NCBI GenBank assembly: GCA_012518415.1
Contig: JAAYSH010000051.1
Coordinates: forward strand, 1-43,611
Origin: Erysipelotrichaceae bacterium
Lineage (GTDB): Bacteria > Bacillota_I > Bacilli_A > RFN20 > CAG-826
Direction: 5' to 3'
DNA length: 43,611 nt
A model generated the notes under the pieces. The model was not told where the DNA came from and ran no database searches. It was given only the letters and a program-made list of their open reading frames with translations. Position 1 is the first letter of the stretch; each line of letters starts with the position of its first letter. This document shows, one piece after another, positions 1 through 8,119 of this stretch. Both the position numbers and the translations under genes were made by a program.

Positions 1-1271
1 TAGATGCAGTAAAACCACTAATAGACGGCAAACTAATTACTGTTGTCGGCCATGGTGGTGAAGTGAGCAAACAAATCGTTGAAAATGATAGTTTAGTTGT
101 TTGGCAACACGAACAACTAGGGACGGGCCACGCAGTTGAACAAGCTGCCCCTATATTAAAAGGGGTTGAAGGGACAACACTTATTATTAATGGTGATACG
201 CCTTTATTTACAACTCGAACGCTTGAGCGATTACTCAAAGAACACAAGGAAAAAGGCCATGATTTGACAGTGTTATCAGCTGTTTTAGATAATCCGACTG
301 GTTATGGCAGGATTATTAGAAACGAGGACGGTTTTGTTAAGGAAATCGTTGAACACGCGGATGCTAGTGAAGCACAAAGACGTGTTCAAGAAGTAAATAC
401 TGGAGTTATGGTTTATTCAAATAAATTGTTATTTGAAGGACTTGAGCAACTTGATACTAATAATGTTCAAGGCGAACTATATTTAACCGATTTAATTAAA
501 TTATTTAAAAGCAAAAGCTTAGTTGTTGGTGCATCAATTATGGATAATCCGATTGAAATGAGCGGAATTAATGACCGTGTCCAACTAGCAGACGCCGCTA
601 AGGAGATGCAACGGGCTATTAACCGCAAACATATGCTTGCGGGAGTTACAATTGAAGATCCAACCCAAACATATATTGGACCATACGTTGAAATCGAACC
701 AGATACGATTATTGCGCCTGGTACAAGTATTCTTGGTGTTTGTAAAATAGGAAGCGATAACTATATCGGACCAAACACTTATTTAGAAAATACAAATATC
801 GGTAGCAAAAACAATATAATTAGTTCGTATTTAACTGATACTAATGTTGGTGACAATAACGAACTTGGGCCATATTTAAAAACAAGAGCAAACACAAATA
901 TTGGAAACAATTGCCGCGTTGGTAACTTTGTCGAACTTAAAAATGCGACTTTGCACAACGGTGTAAAAAGCGCACACCTTACTTATATAGGTGATAGCGA
1001 AATTGGCGAACAAACAAATATCGGCGCAGGAACGATTACTGCTAATTACGACGGGAAAAATAAATACAAAACTAAAGTTGGAAAGAATGCATTTATTGGC
1101 TCAGGAACGATATTAATTGCTCCGATCGAAGTAAAGGATGGCGCTTTCACGGCCGCGGGTTCGACAATTACCGATGATGTCGAAGAAGACGAGCTTGCTA
1201 TCGCCCGAAGCGAGCAAATTAACAAGCCTGGACTTGCTAAAAAATATAGAAAAAATAGTGACAGTAGCTAA
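1..1271 (+). CDS. glmU: Bifunctional GlmU (UDP-GlcNAc pyrophosphorylase / GlcN-1-P acetyltransferase), 5' end cut by the window edge
   Basis: Frame 3 is open from base 3 (DAVKPLIDGKLITVVGHGGEV...), so the listed GTG at 63 is internal. It has the QLGTGHAV nucleotidyltransferase motif. The C-terminal half is made of hexapeptide left-handed beta-helix repeats (IG.N..I, ANYDGKNK). Confidence 0.9.
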   Translation, partial: DAVKPLIDGKLITVVGHGGEVSKQIVENDSLVVWQHEQLGTGHAVEQAAPILKGVEGTTLIINGDTPLFTTRTLERLLKEHKEKGHDLTVLSAVLDNPTGYGRIIRNEDGFVKEIVEHADASEAQRRVQEVNTGVMVYSNKLLFEGLEQLDTNNVQGELYLTDLIKLFKSKSLVVGASIMDNPIEMSGINDRVQLADAAKEMQRAINRKHMLAGVTIEDPTQTYIGPYVEIEPDTIIAPGTSILGVCKIGSDNYIGPNTYLENTNIGSKNNIISSYLTDTNVGDNNELGPYLKTRANTNIGNNCRVGNFVELKNATLHNGVKSAHLTYIGDSEIGEQTNIGAGTITANYDGKNKYKTKVGKNAFIGSGTILIAPIEVKDGAFTAAGSTITDDVEEDELAIARSEQINKPGLAKKYRKNSDSS

Positions 1272-1486
1272 GTGAGTTCAAACTTGTTTAAACTAAATTC
1301 CCTTTAATTTTTTAGAATAGATGACAGCAAATTGTAAATTTTTCTTATTGATTGACTTTGTAAATGATTACGTTTTTCGATTCATTAGATTGTCAAATAA
1401 GTAAAATCCGCTATTTTTAGTTGTTTTTTTTAGATTGTCGATATAATAAAGGTAGAAAAACACATAAATGTAATTGGTGTTAAAAG

Positions 1487-1495
1487 TGGTACAAT
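1487..1495 (+). promoter_or_regulatory. Candidate extended -10 promoter (TGgTACAAT) for the lipoprotein gene
   Basis: TGgTACAAT was read directly. There is no good -35. It would give a leader of about 135 nt before the ATG at 1633. Confidence 0.3.
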
Positions 1496-1632
1496 ATTTG
1501 ATTTTTGTTTTTGTGGGACCGCAGGAATATTTATATTCGAAATGTTCTTATTTATCTTTTACAAAATCATTAGTTAACTTTTAACAACAAAAAATATTAA
1601 AGCCTAAATAATCAATTAGGAGGAAAAATAAA

Positions 1633-2106
1633 ATGAAAAGAAAAAGAAAACGCGGAGTACTTAAAACAGTAATTACAGCAATTTTGTCACTTACTTTCCT
1701 TGCCTCGTGTAATCAAGACGATTCGCCCTTTAATAAAGATCTCCAAAACCGAATAAAAGAAGATTATGCTATTCACCTAAACAAAAGGGGGCGTGAGTCT
1801 GATGAAAAGTATACAGCGAGTAATCTTTTCATTATAAATTTTTTCGGCATCTATGATGGTGCGGTTATTGTCCTGATGGACCGCTTAGCACCACAACCAT
1901 TATCAATGCAAAAAATAGCAGGTGTTGCCTTTTATTATCCAGACGGTAATTACACACAAGTATGGAAAGATGGTGTGTTTTATGAAATGCCTGCAGCGTA
2001 TGAAGCAGGTGTTTTAACGTACGACCACTTACTTGAAGCAGCCGAGATTATTAATGATGAGTTTGATTATGTGAAGGAAGCTTTTGAAACACGCCAAACG
2101 ACGTAA
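1633..2106 (+). CDS. Hypothetical lipoprotein
   Basis: Strong RBS (AGGAGG) 9 nt upstream. The N-terminus is basic, followed by a hydrophobic stretch and the lipobox LASC (LTFLASCNQDD). I recognise no family for the mature part. Confidence 0.75.
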   Translation: MKRKRKRGVLKTVITAILSLTFLASCNQDDSPFNKDLQNRIKEDYAIHLNKRGRESDEKYTASNLFIINFFGIYDGAVIVLMDRLAPQPLSMQKIAGVAFYYPDGNYTQVWKDGVFYEMPAAYEAGVLTYDHLLEAAEIINDEFDYVKEAFETRQTT

Positions 2107-2141
2107 CATAAAAAAATGTAATAGAAGAAACTATCGATATG

Positions 2142-2170
2142 AAAGCGCGCTTAATAGGCGCGCTTTTTTC
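2142..2170 (+). terminator. Rho-independent terminator after the lipoprotein gene
   Basis: GC-rich stem AAGCGCGC / GCGCGCTT with loop TTAATAG, followed by a T-run. Confidence 0.7.
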
Positions 2171-2410
2171 TTTGAAAGCGTTTACAACGAAGTTTTTAGC
2201 AAGATTTCTAGATAAGTAAATAATCGTGTGTTAATTTTTATATACGATTTGATCCAAGGGGACTACAAAGCCACATATGCTTTTAGAGAAAAGTGTAGGA
2301 AGGTAGTCCCCGACCGATCAAAGAGAAAAACAACAAAACAATCATATAAGCTAATGTATTTTACCTCCTTTATTAATATAACGCTTATATTGTCAACCTC
2401 CTTTTTGTAA

Positions 2411-2441
2411 AAAACCTCTTATGTAAAAGTAAGGGGTTTTT
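2411..2441. terminator. Hairpin plus U-run with no annotated gene upstream on the + strand; usable on both strands
   Basis: AAAACCTCTTA / TAAGGGGTTTT stem (one G-U pair) with loop TGTAAAAG. It is flanked by an A-run on one side and a T-run on the other. Confidence 0.5.
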
Positions 2442-2454
2442 GCAATTATAATAT

Positions 2455-2485
2455 GAAAAAAAGGCCGCAATTAGGTTGCGACCTT
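2455..2485 (-). terminator. Rho-independent terminator of ppdK
   Basis: On the minus strand: AAGGTCGCAA-CCTAA-TTGCGGCCTT (10 bp, one G-U pair) followed by T8. It starts 24 nt after the ppdK stop codon. Confidence 0.65.
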
Positions 2486-2508
2486 GTTTTTATAAAGTTA
2501 AGAACTGA

Positions 2509-5145
2509 CTATTGTCCGAGTTCTTCTTTAATTGCTGCTTGAGCAGCACTTAAGCGTGCAGTTGGAACTCGGAAAGGAGAACAACTGACGTAGTCTAAGC
2601 CAACACGGTGGAAGAATTCAACTGAATCAGGTTCGCCACCATGCTCACCACAAATACCTAAACCAACATTTGGATTAGCTTTGCGGCCGCGTTCGACTGC
2701 GACTTTAACTAATTCACCAACGCCGTCTTGGTCAATTGTTTGGAATGGATCTTGTTCTAAGATTCGATTGTCATAGTAATATGGTAAGAACTTAGCAGCA
2801 TCATCCCGACTAAAGCCAAAGGTCATTTGGGTTAAGTCGTTAGTTCCAAAACTGAAGAAGTCAGCGACTGGAGAAATGCGGTCAGCATGTAATGCTGCGC
2901 GCGGAATTTCAATCATCGTACCAACGTGGTATGTGAGTGATGATTTTTCACGAGCAATAATTTCATCAGCAGTTTTAACGACAACTTCCTTAACGTATTC
3001 ATATTCTTTAACTTCTGAAGTTAATGGAATCATGATTTCTGGGAAAACGTTTTCGCCTAAATCTTTTGATGCTTTAATTGCCGCTTCAATAATTGCGGTT
3101 GTTTGCATTGCCGCAATTTCTGGATAAGTTACAGCAAGACGTAGTCCGCGGTGACCCATCATTGGGTTAATCTCATGGAGATTATCGATGCGATTTTCAA
3201 TCGCTTCGACACTTAAGTCTAATACTTTTGCTAATTCTTCGATCTGGGCTTTTTCAGTTGGTAAGAACTCATGAAGCGGTGGATCGAGTAAGCGGATTGT
3301 AACTGGTAATCCTTCCATTGCCATGTATAAGTCATAAAATCCATCGCGTTGATATGGAAGCATTTCGGCAAGAGCAGCTTCACGGTCTTCAACTTTGCTT
3401 GAAAGAATCATCTTTCTCATTGAAAGAATTCGCTCTGGATCAAAGAACATGTGTTCGGTTCTTGTTAAACCAATACCTTGAGCACCAAAATCAAGTGCTT
3501 GCTTGGCATCACGTGGGGTATCAGCGTTTGTTCTAACTTCTAAGCGTCGATACTTATCGGCATAACCCATGATTCTACCAAAGTAGCCACTTTCTAAGTC
3601 AGCTGGTAATGTTTTAATTTCACCACCATAAACGTGACCGGTTGAACCATTAATTGAAATGACGTCATCTTCACCGAAAACTTCGCCACCGACGTGTAAT
3701 GTTCTTGTATCCATATCGATTGTTGCATCAGTTAAACCAACAACACAGCATTTACCCATTCCTCTTGCTACAACAGCAGCGTGTGAAGTCATACCGCCTC
3801 TTAATGTAAGAATAGCATCAGCACTGTCCATACCAGCGATATCTTCTGGAGAGGTTTCGATTCTAACTAGGATAACTTGCTCACCTTCTTTATGACGTCT
3901 TTCGGCGTCTTCAGCAGTAAAGGCAAGTTTACCTGTACCTGCACCTGGAGATGCGGCTAAGCCTGTACCTAAAGGTTTGGCAGCTTTTAAGGCATCTTCA
4001 TCAAAGTGTGGGTGTAGTAGTGTATCAAGAACACGTGGATCGATTCTTAATACTGCTGTTTTTTCATCGATTAATCCTTCATCGATTAAATCACAAGCAA
4101 TTTTTAATGCTGCAGGAGCGGTTCGCTTACCTGCACGTGTTTGCAAGAAGTATAATGTACCTTCTTCGATAGTAAATTCGACGTCTTGCATATCGGTATA
4201 ATGTTTTTCTAATAAGTCAGCTGTTTCAAGGAACTGCTTATAAACTTCTGGCATTTGCGTTTCTAAATAGTCAATGTGATAAGGAGTACGAATACCCGCA
4301 ACAATATCTTCACCTTGTGCGTTTGGTAAATATTCAGCATAAACGCCTTTTTCACCAGTCGCAGGGTTACGTGTGAAAGCAACACCGGTACCTGATGTTT
4401 CACCCTTGTTACCATATACCATTGATTGGACGTTAACAGCTGTACCCCAGCTATATGGGATATTGTTCATTTTCCTGTAGTAGTCTGCACGTGGGTTGTC
4501 CCAGGAGCGGAAAACAGCTTTAACTGATTCCATTAATTGGACATATGGATCTTCTGGGAAATCTTCACCAGTTTGCTCTTTGTAATATTTTTTATAACGA
4601 ACGGTTAAATCTTTTAATTCTTCCGCTGTTACTTCGGTATCAGAAACATAACCTTTTTCTTCTTTTAGGTCGTCTAACATTTGATCCATTTCGTCACGTG
4701 GTAAACCAACGACAACGTTCGTATACATAACGATGAAACGACGATATGTATCTGCGACAAAGCGTGGATTATTAGTTTCTTTTTCAAAAACCGCGGCAGT
4801 TTCATCGTTTAAACCTAAGTTTAAGACGGTATCCATCATTCCTGGCATTGAGATTCTTGCACCAGAACGGACTGAAACTAAGAGCGGATTGCTTTTACCA
4901 CCAAAAAGTTTTCCTGTTTCTTTTTCTAAGTTTTTAACTGCTTGAACAATTTCTTTTTCTAAATAATCAGGCAGTTGCTTGTTGTTTTCGTTATAAAGAA
5001 TTGAAGCTTCGGTTGTGACTGTAAATCCTTGTGGGATTGGGACACCAATGTGAACCATCTCCGCAAGACCGGCACCTTTACCGCCGATGAGATTTTTACT
5101 CACGCCATGACCTTCGGTAAACGAATAAACATATTTTTTAGCCAT
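2509..5145 (-). CDS. ppdK: Pyruvate, phosphate dikinase
   Basis: 878 aa. It has the N-terminal ATP-grasp region, the phosphohistidine motif GGMTSHAAVVARGMGK, and a C-terminal PEP-utilising TIM barrel (NDLTQ, CGEHGGEP). RBS AGGAGGA lies upstream. Confidence 0.97.
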   Translation of the reverse strand: MAKKYVYSFTEGHGVSKNLIGGKGAGLAEMVHIGVPIPQGFTVTTEASILYNENNKQLPDYLEKEIVQAVKNLEKETGKLFGGKSNPLLVSVRSGARISMPGMMDTVLNLGLNDETAAVFEKETNNPRFVADTYRRFIVMYTNVVVGLPRDEMDQMLDDLKEEKGYVSDTEVTAEELKDLTVRYKKYYKEQTGEDFPEDPYVQLMESVKAVFRSWDNPRADYYRKMNNIPYSWGTAVNVQSMVYGNKGETSGTGVAFTRNPATGEKGVYAEYLPNAQGEDIVAGIRTPYHIDYLETQMPEVYKQFLETADLLEKHYTDMQDVEFTIEEGTLYFLQTRAGKRTAPAALKIACDLIDEGLIDEKTAVLRIDPRVLDTLLHPHFDEDALKAAKPLGTGLAASPGAGTGKLAFTAEDAERRHKEGEQVILVRIETSPEDIAGMDSADAILTLRGGMTSHAAVVARGMGKCCVVGLTDATIDMDTRTLHVGGEVFGEDDVISINGSTGHVYGGEIKTLPADLESGYFGRIMGYADKYRRLEVRTNADTPRDAKQALDFGAQGIGLTRTEHMFFDPERILSMRKMILSSKVEDREAALAEMLPYQRDGFYDLYMAMEGLPVTIRLLDPPLHEFLPTEKAQIEELAKVLDLSVEAIENRIDNLHEINPMMGHRGLRLAVTYPEIAAMQTTAIIEAAIKASKDLGENVFPEIMIPLTSEVKEYEYVKEVVVKTADEIIAREKSSLTYHVGTMIEIPRAALHADRISPVADFFSFGTNDLTQMTFGFSRDDAAKFLPYYYDNRILEQDPFQTIDQDGVGELVKVAVERGRKANPNVGLGICGEHGGEPDSVEFFHRVGLDYVSCSPFRVPTARLSAAQAAIKEELGQ

Positions 5146-5207
5146 TTTATATCCTCCTTCTTGATATGTTTGCTATGTTATAAACATGGTTTTATTTAAC
5201 CTTGTCT

Positions 5208-5216
5208 ATTCTATCA
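5208..5216 (-). promoter_or_regulatory. Candidate extended -10 promoter (TGaTAGAAT) for ppdK
   Basis: The reverse complement of 5208-5216 reads TGATAGAAT, about 60 nt upstream of the ppdK ATG. Confidence 0.35.
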
Positions 5217-5356
5217 TAAAAAAGGGTATTCTTCACTTGAAAAGACAAAATTACTTTGAATCAGTCTCGTATTGAACAAATTATGAAAAACACACGGATA
5301 AAACAGAGGCTAGACGGCAAAAAATACAATTGGGAATGAATTAACTAGTGTAAAAA

Positions 5357-5365
5357 TGATATAGT
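5357..5365 (+). promoter_or_regulatory. Candidate extended -10 promoter (TGaTATAGT) for the FGGY kinase operon
   Basis: TGATATAGT lies 40 nt upstream of the ATG at 5405. Confidence 0.35.
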
Positions 5366-5404
5366 AGTAGTGATAGAAAGCAAAAAAGGACACAAGTAAA
5401 GTTT

Positions 5405-6970
5405 ATGGAAGACAAAAAGTATATTCTTACAATTGATTTTGGTACTCAAAGTGTTCGCACGATAATTTTTGATACGGACGGAAATGAAATTGCGAAGGCA
5501 AAAGCGGAATATGATAAACCATATTTCTCGCCAAAACCTGGATACTGCGAACAAGATCCAAACTATTATTATAAATATATGCTAATAACAACAAATGAGG
5601 TCGCCCGTCAAGCTCCAGAAGCACTTAAACAAGTTAAGACATTTGGGATTACTTGTTTCCGTGATACACCCGTATTTTTAGATGAAAACTTAGAAGTAGT
5701 CCGACCTTCAATTTTATGGCTTGATCAACGGCAGGCGAAATTAGAAGAAAAACTTCCTCTTGTCCTGCGCGGGATATTTACTTTGGTCGGAATGAAAGAT
5801 GTTGTTGCCTTAAATATGAAGCGGACACCAGCAATATGGTTACAAGAAAATGAGCCAGAAAATTGGAAAAGAATCCACAAATATGTCCCCCTTTCTACAT
5901 ATTTAATTTATAAATTAACAGGGAGACTAGCGGATTCACCTGCTAATTGCACAGGACATTTCCCAATTAATTTTAGAAAGCGGAAGTGGCGAAAAGACAC
6001 CGATTTCCAAGGCTTAGTATTTAGAATCCCCAACAAACTCTTGCCTGAACTTGTCGATATCGGCGAGGTCATTGGGACAATTACTGAAGAAGCCTCAAAA
6101 GAAAGTGGTTTACCTGCAGGAATAACTTTATATTCAACAGGCTCTGATAAAGGCTCAGAAACAATTGGTGCGGGTGCAAAACCACTAACAATGGCGTCAA
6201 TTTCTTATGGTACCGCATCTAGCATTGAAGTGATGATGGAAAAATATATTGAACCAAGTCCTTTTTTACCAGCCTATAGTGCCCCGATTCCTGGATATTA
6301 TCAAACAGAGGTACAAGTTTACCGCGGGTATTGGATGATTGCCTGGTTTCTTCGCGAATTCGCTCAAGGAGAAAGTGCAGAGGCAGCTATTATTGACATC
6401 GCTTCTGAAGAACTACTCAATAAGAAAATGCTAAGTATTCCGCCAGGAAGTGATGGCTTAGTTTTACAACCTTTCTGGGGACCAGGACTAGATAAACCTG
6501 AAGCACGCGGCGCAGTTGTTGGCTGGACCGACACCCACACAAGGATGCATTTATACCGGGCGATTGTCGAAGGTATTGCTTATGAGCTTCGTGATGGTTT
6601 AGAAAATATCGAAAGAAAAGCCCGGTTAAAAATAGAAGAAATTCGTGTTTCAGGCGGAGGCTCGAATAGCGCAGCCATTTGTCAAATCACTGCCGATATT
6701 TTTGGAATACCAGTCGTTAGGGTTGAAAATAGTGAGGCTGCATCTGTTGGAACTGCAATCGCTGTCGGACTCGCAGACGGAACATTTTCATCACTAGAAG
6801 AAGCAACTAAAAAAATGGTCAAAGTTCGTGACCGCTTTGAAGTAAATGAAGAAAATCATAAACGCTATGATTATTTATTTAATAAAGTTTACAAACGACT
6901 ATTTCCAAGACTATCATCAATATATAAATCAATAAGGGAGTATGATAATGAGTTTTCATCCGATGAATAA
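5405..6970 (+). CDS. FGGY-family carbohydrate kinase (substrate unknown)
   Basis: 521 aa. N-terminal ILTIDFGTQSVR phosphate-1 motif. GTASS and VSGGGSNS motifs are typical of the xylulokinase / glycerol kinase / ribulokinase superfamily. Confidence 0.85.
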   Translation: MEDKKYILTIDFGTQSVRTIIFDTDGNEIAKAKAEYDKPYFSPKPGYCEQDPNYYYKYMLITTNEVARQAPEALKQVKTFGITCFRDTPVFLDENLEVVRPSILWLDQRQAKLEEKLPLVLRGIFTLVGMKDVVALNMKRTPAIWLQENEPENWKRIHKYVPLSTYLIYKLTGRLADSPANCTGHFPINFRKRKWRKDTDFQGLVFRIPNKLLPELVDIGEVIGTITEEASKESGLPAGITLYSTGSDKGSETIGAGAKPLTMASISYGTASSIEVMMEKYIEPSPFLPAYSAPIPGYYQTEVQVYRGYWMIAWFLREFAQGESAEAAIIDIASEELLNKKMLSIPPGSDGLVLQPFWGPGLDKPEARGAVVGWTDTHTRMHLYRAIVEGIAYELRDGLENIERKARLKIEEIRVSGGGSNSAAICQITADIFGIPVVRVENSEAASVGTAIAVGLADGTFSSLEEATKKMVKVRDRFEVNEENHKRYDYLFNKVYKRLFPRLSSIYKSIREYDNEFSSDE

Positions 6971-8057
6971 ACATAGTAACTTAGTTACAGCCGCGAATTC
7001 GATTTTAAAACGATACAAAATCGAACAATTTCACCCATCCTTACCAGGACTAGATGATGCATTAAAAATGCATACACGCATCGTCTTTATTCTTTTTGAT
7101 GGTTTAAGTAGTGAAATTATAAAGCGGCATGCACCAAGAAGAAGTAAATTAAAAACTTCACCAATTATTAAACTAACATCAGTTATTCCTGCTACAACTG
7201 TAGCAGCTACAAATGCATTCTTAAGAGGACAATACCCGGCAGAAACAGGTTATTTAGGCTGGACGCAGTACTTTAGTGACCTAGATCGCCGGATTGAAGT
7301 GTTTCCAAATAAAGATGCAGACACTAACGAAAGAATTAAAGGTCCAAACATTATGGAGAAGCGCTACGGAGGTAAATCCGTCTTTGATTTAGTCGCTGCA
7401 AAATACCCAACCGTACGGGTTAAAGAAGTATGGCCAGGGTTTAGGCCAGGTGGCGCAAAAACAGAGAAAGCGTTTTTTAATCAGATTGACGAAGAGTTAA
7501 ACATTCCAGGTCCAAAGTTAATGTATTGTTATTGGGTTGAACCAGATTCAATGATGCATGTACGCGGCACAAAATCACTTCGTGTGAAATGGCAAATACG
7601 GAAAATGTCAAAACGCCTCGATGACTTAACGAACAAACATGAAGACACATTATTTGTTATTCTTGCCGACCACGGAATGAAGAATGTTAAATATTACGAC
7701 ATAAGCGATAATCAGCCATTTTTTGAAACATTGAAGTTTCCATTTACGCTTGAAGGTAGGTGCGCGATGTTTCATGTTAAAGATGGTCAACATAAAAAGT
7801 TCGAACAACTATTTGCTAAACACTACGGCGAACACTTTAGATTATTTAAAACAGAAGAACTTGAAGATGCTCAAGTGTTTGGTTATTGCCCCATAAGTGA
7901 GAATGCTTCGGTGTTCTTTGGAGATTATTTAGCAATAGCAAAAGATGATTACTCTTTTTATTATTCAAGCGACCCAAAGAAAAAGCCGCTTGTGGGACAT
8001 CATGCGGGAATTACACCTGAGGAAATGAACTTGCAATTAACACTAATAAATAATTAA
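6948..8057 (+). CDS. Alkaline-phosphatase superfamily protein (type I phosphodiesterase / nucleotide pyrophosphatase-like), cytoplasmic
   Basis: Metal and nucleophile motifs occur in the order expected for NPP-like enzymes: FDGLS, PATTVAATNAFLRGQYPAETG, EPDSMMHVRG, LADHGM. There is no signal peptide. The ATG at 6948 has GGGAG 7 nt upstream; the listed start at 6942 is too close to it. The gene overlaps the kinase stop codon. Confidence 0.8.
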   Translation: MSFHPMNKHSNLVTAANSILKRYKIEQFHPSLPGLDDALKMHTRIVFILFDGLSSEIIKRHAPRRSKLKTSPIIKLTSVIPATTVAATNAFLRGQYPAETGYLGWTQYFSDLDRRIEVFPNKDADTNERIKGPNIMEKRYGGKSVFDLVAAKYPTVRVKEVWPGFRPGGAKTEKAFFNQIDEELNIPGPKLMYCYWVEPDSMMHVRGTKSLRVKWQIRKMSKRLDDLTNKHEDTLFVILADHGMKNVKYYDISDNQPFFETLKFPFTLEGRCAMFHVKDGQHKKFEQLFAKHYGEHFRLFKTEELEDAQVFGYCPISENASVFFGDYLAIAKDDYSFYYSSDPKKKPLVGHHAGITPEEMNLQLTLINN

Positions 8058-8065
8058 GAGAAAAT

Positions 8066-8098
8066 AAAAATCACAGGCAAAGCGCCTGTGATTTTTTT
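8066..8098. terminator. Bidirectional terminator between convergent genes
   Basis: ATCACAGGC / GCCTGTGAT stem with an A-run upstream and a T-run downstream. Confidence 0.7.
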
Positions 8099-8119
8099 AT
8101 TACCTAATTTAAATAGTAA

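Noticed and set aside
2251-2323. Resemblance to the second half of a c-di-GMP-I (GEMM-I) riboswitch (GACTACAAAGCC ... GTAGG.AGGTAGTCCCCGACCGATC)
   Set aside because: The first GEMM hairpin with its GNRA loop and receptor partner is absent. No gene lies downstream on either strand for a riboswitch to control. The similarity comes from memory of a single sequence.
2228-2410. 60-aa + strand ORF in the lipoprotein-ppdK spacer
   Set aside because: It has a GTG-type start without an RBS. It runs straight through the long hairpin and both ACCTCCTTT motifs, and its translation is not protein-like. The region is better treated as RNA structure or a minus-strand micro-ORF (see findings).
2876-4945. 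Eight + strand ORFs (60-83 aa) listed inside 2876-4945
   Set aside because: All lie antisense within the ppdK coding region. They have no RBS and low-complexity translations, so they are shadow ORFs of a highly conserved gene.
5345-5624. Two minus-strand ORFs (69 and 65 aa) at the FGGY kinase 5' end
   Set aside because: They are antisense to the kinase start and promoter region, with no RBS and poor composition.
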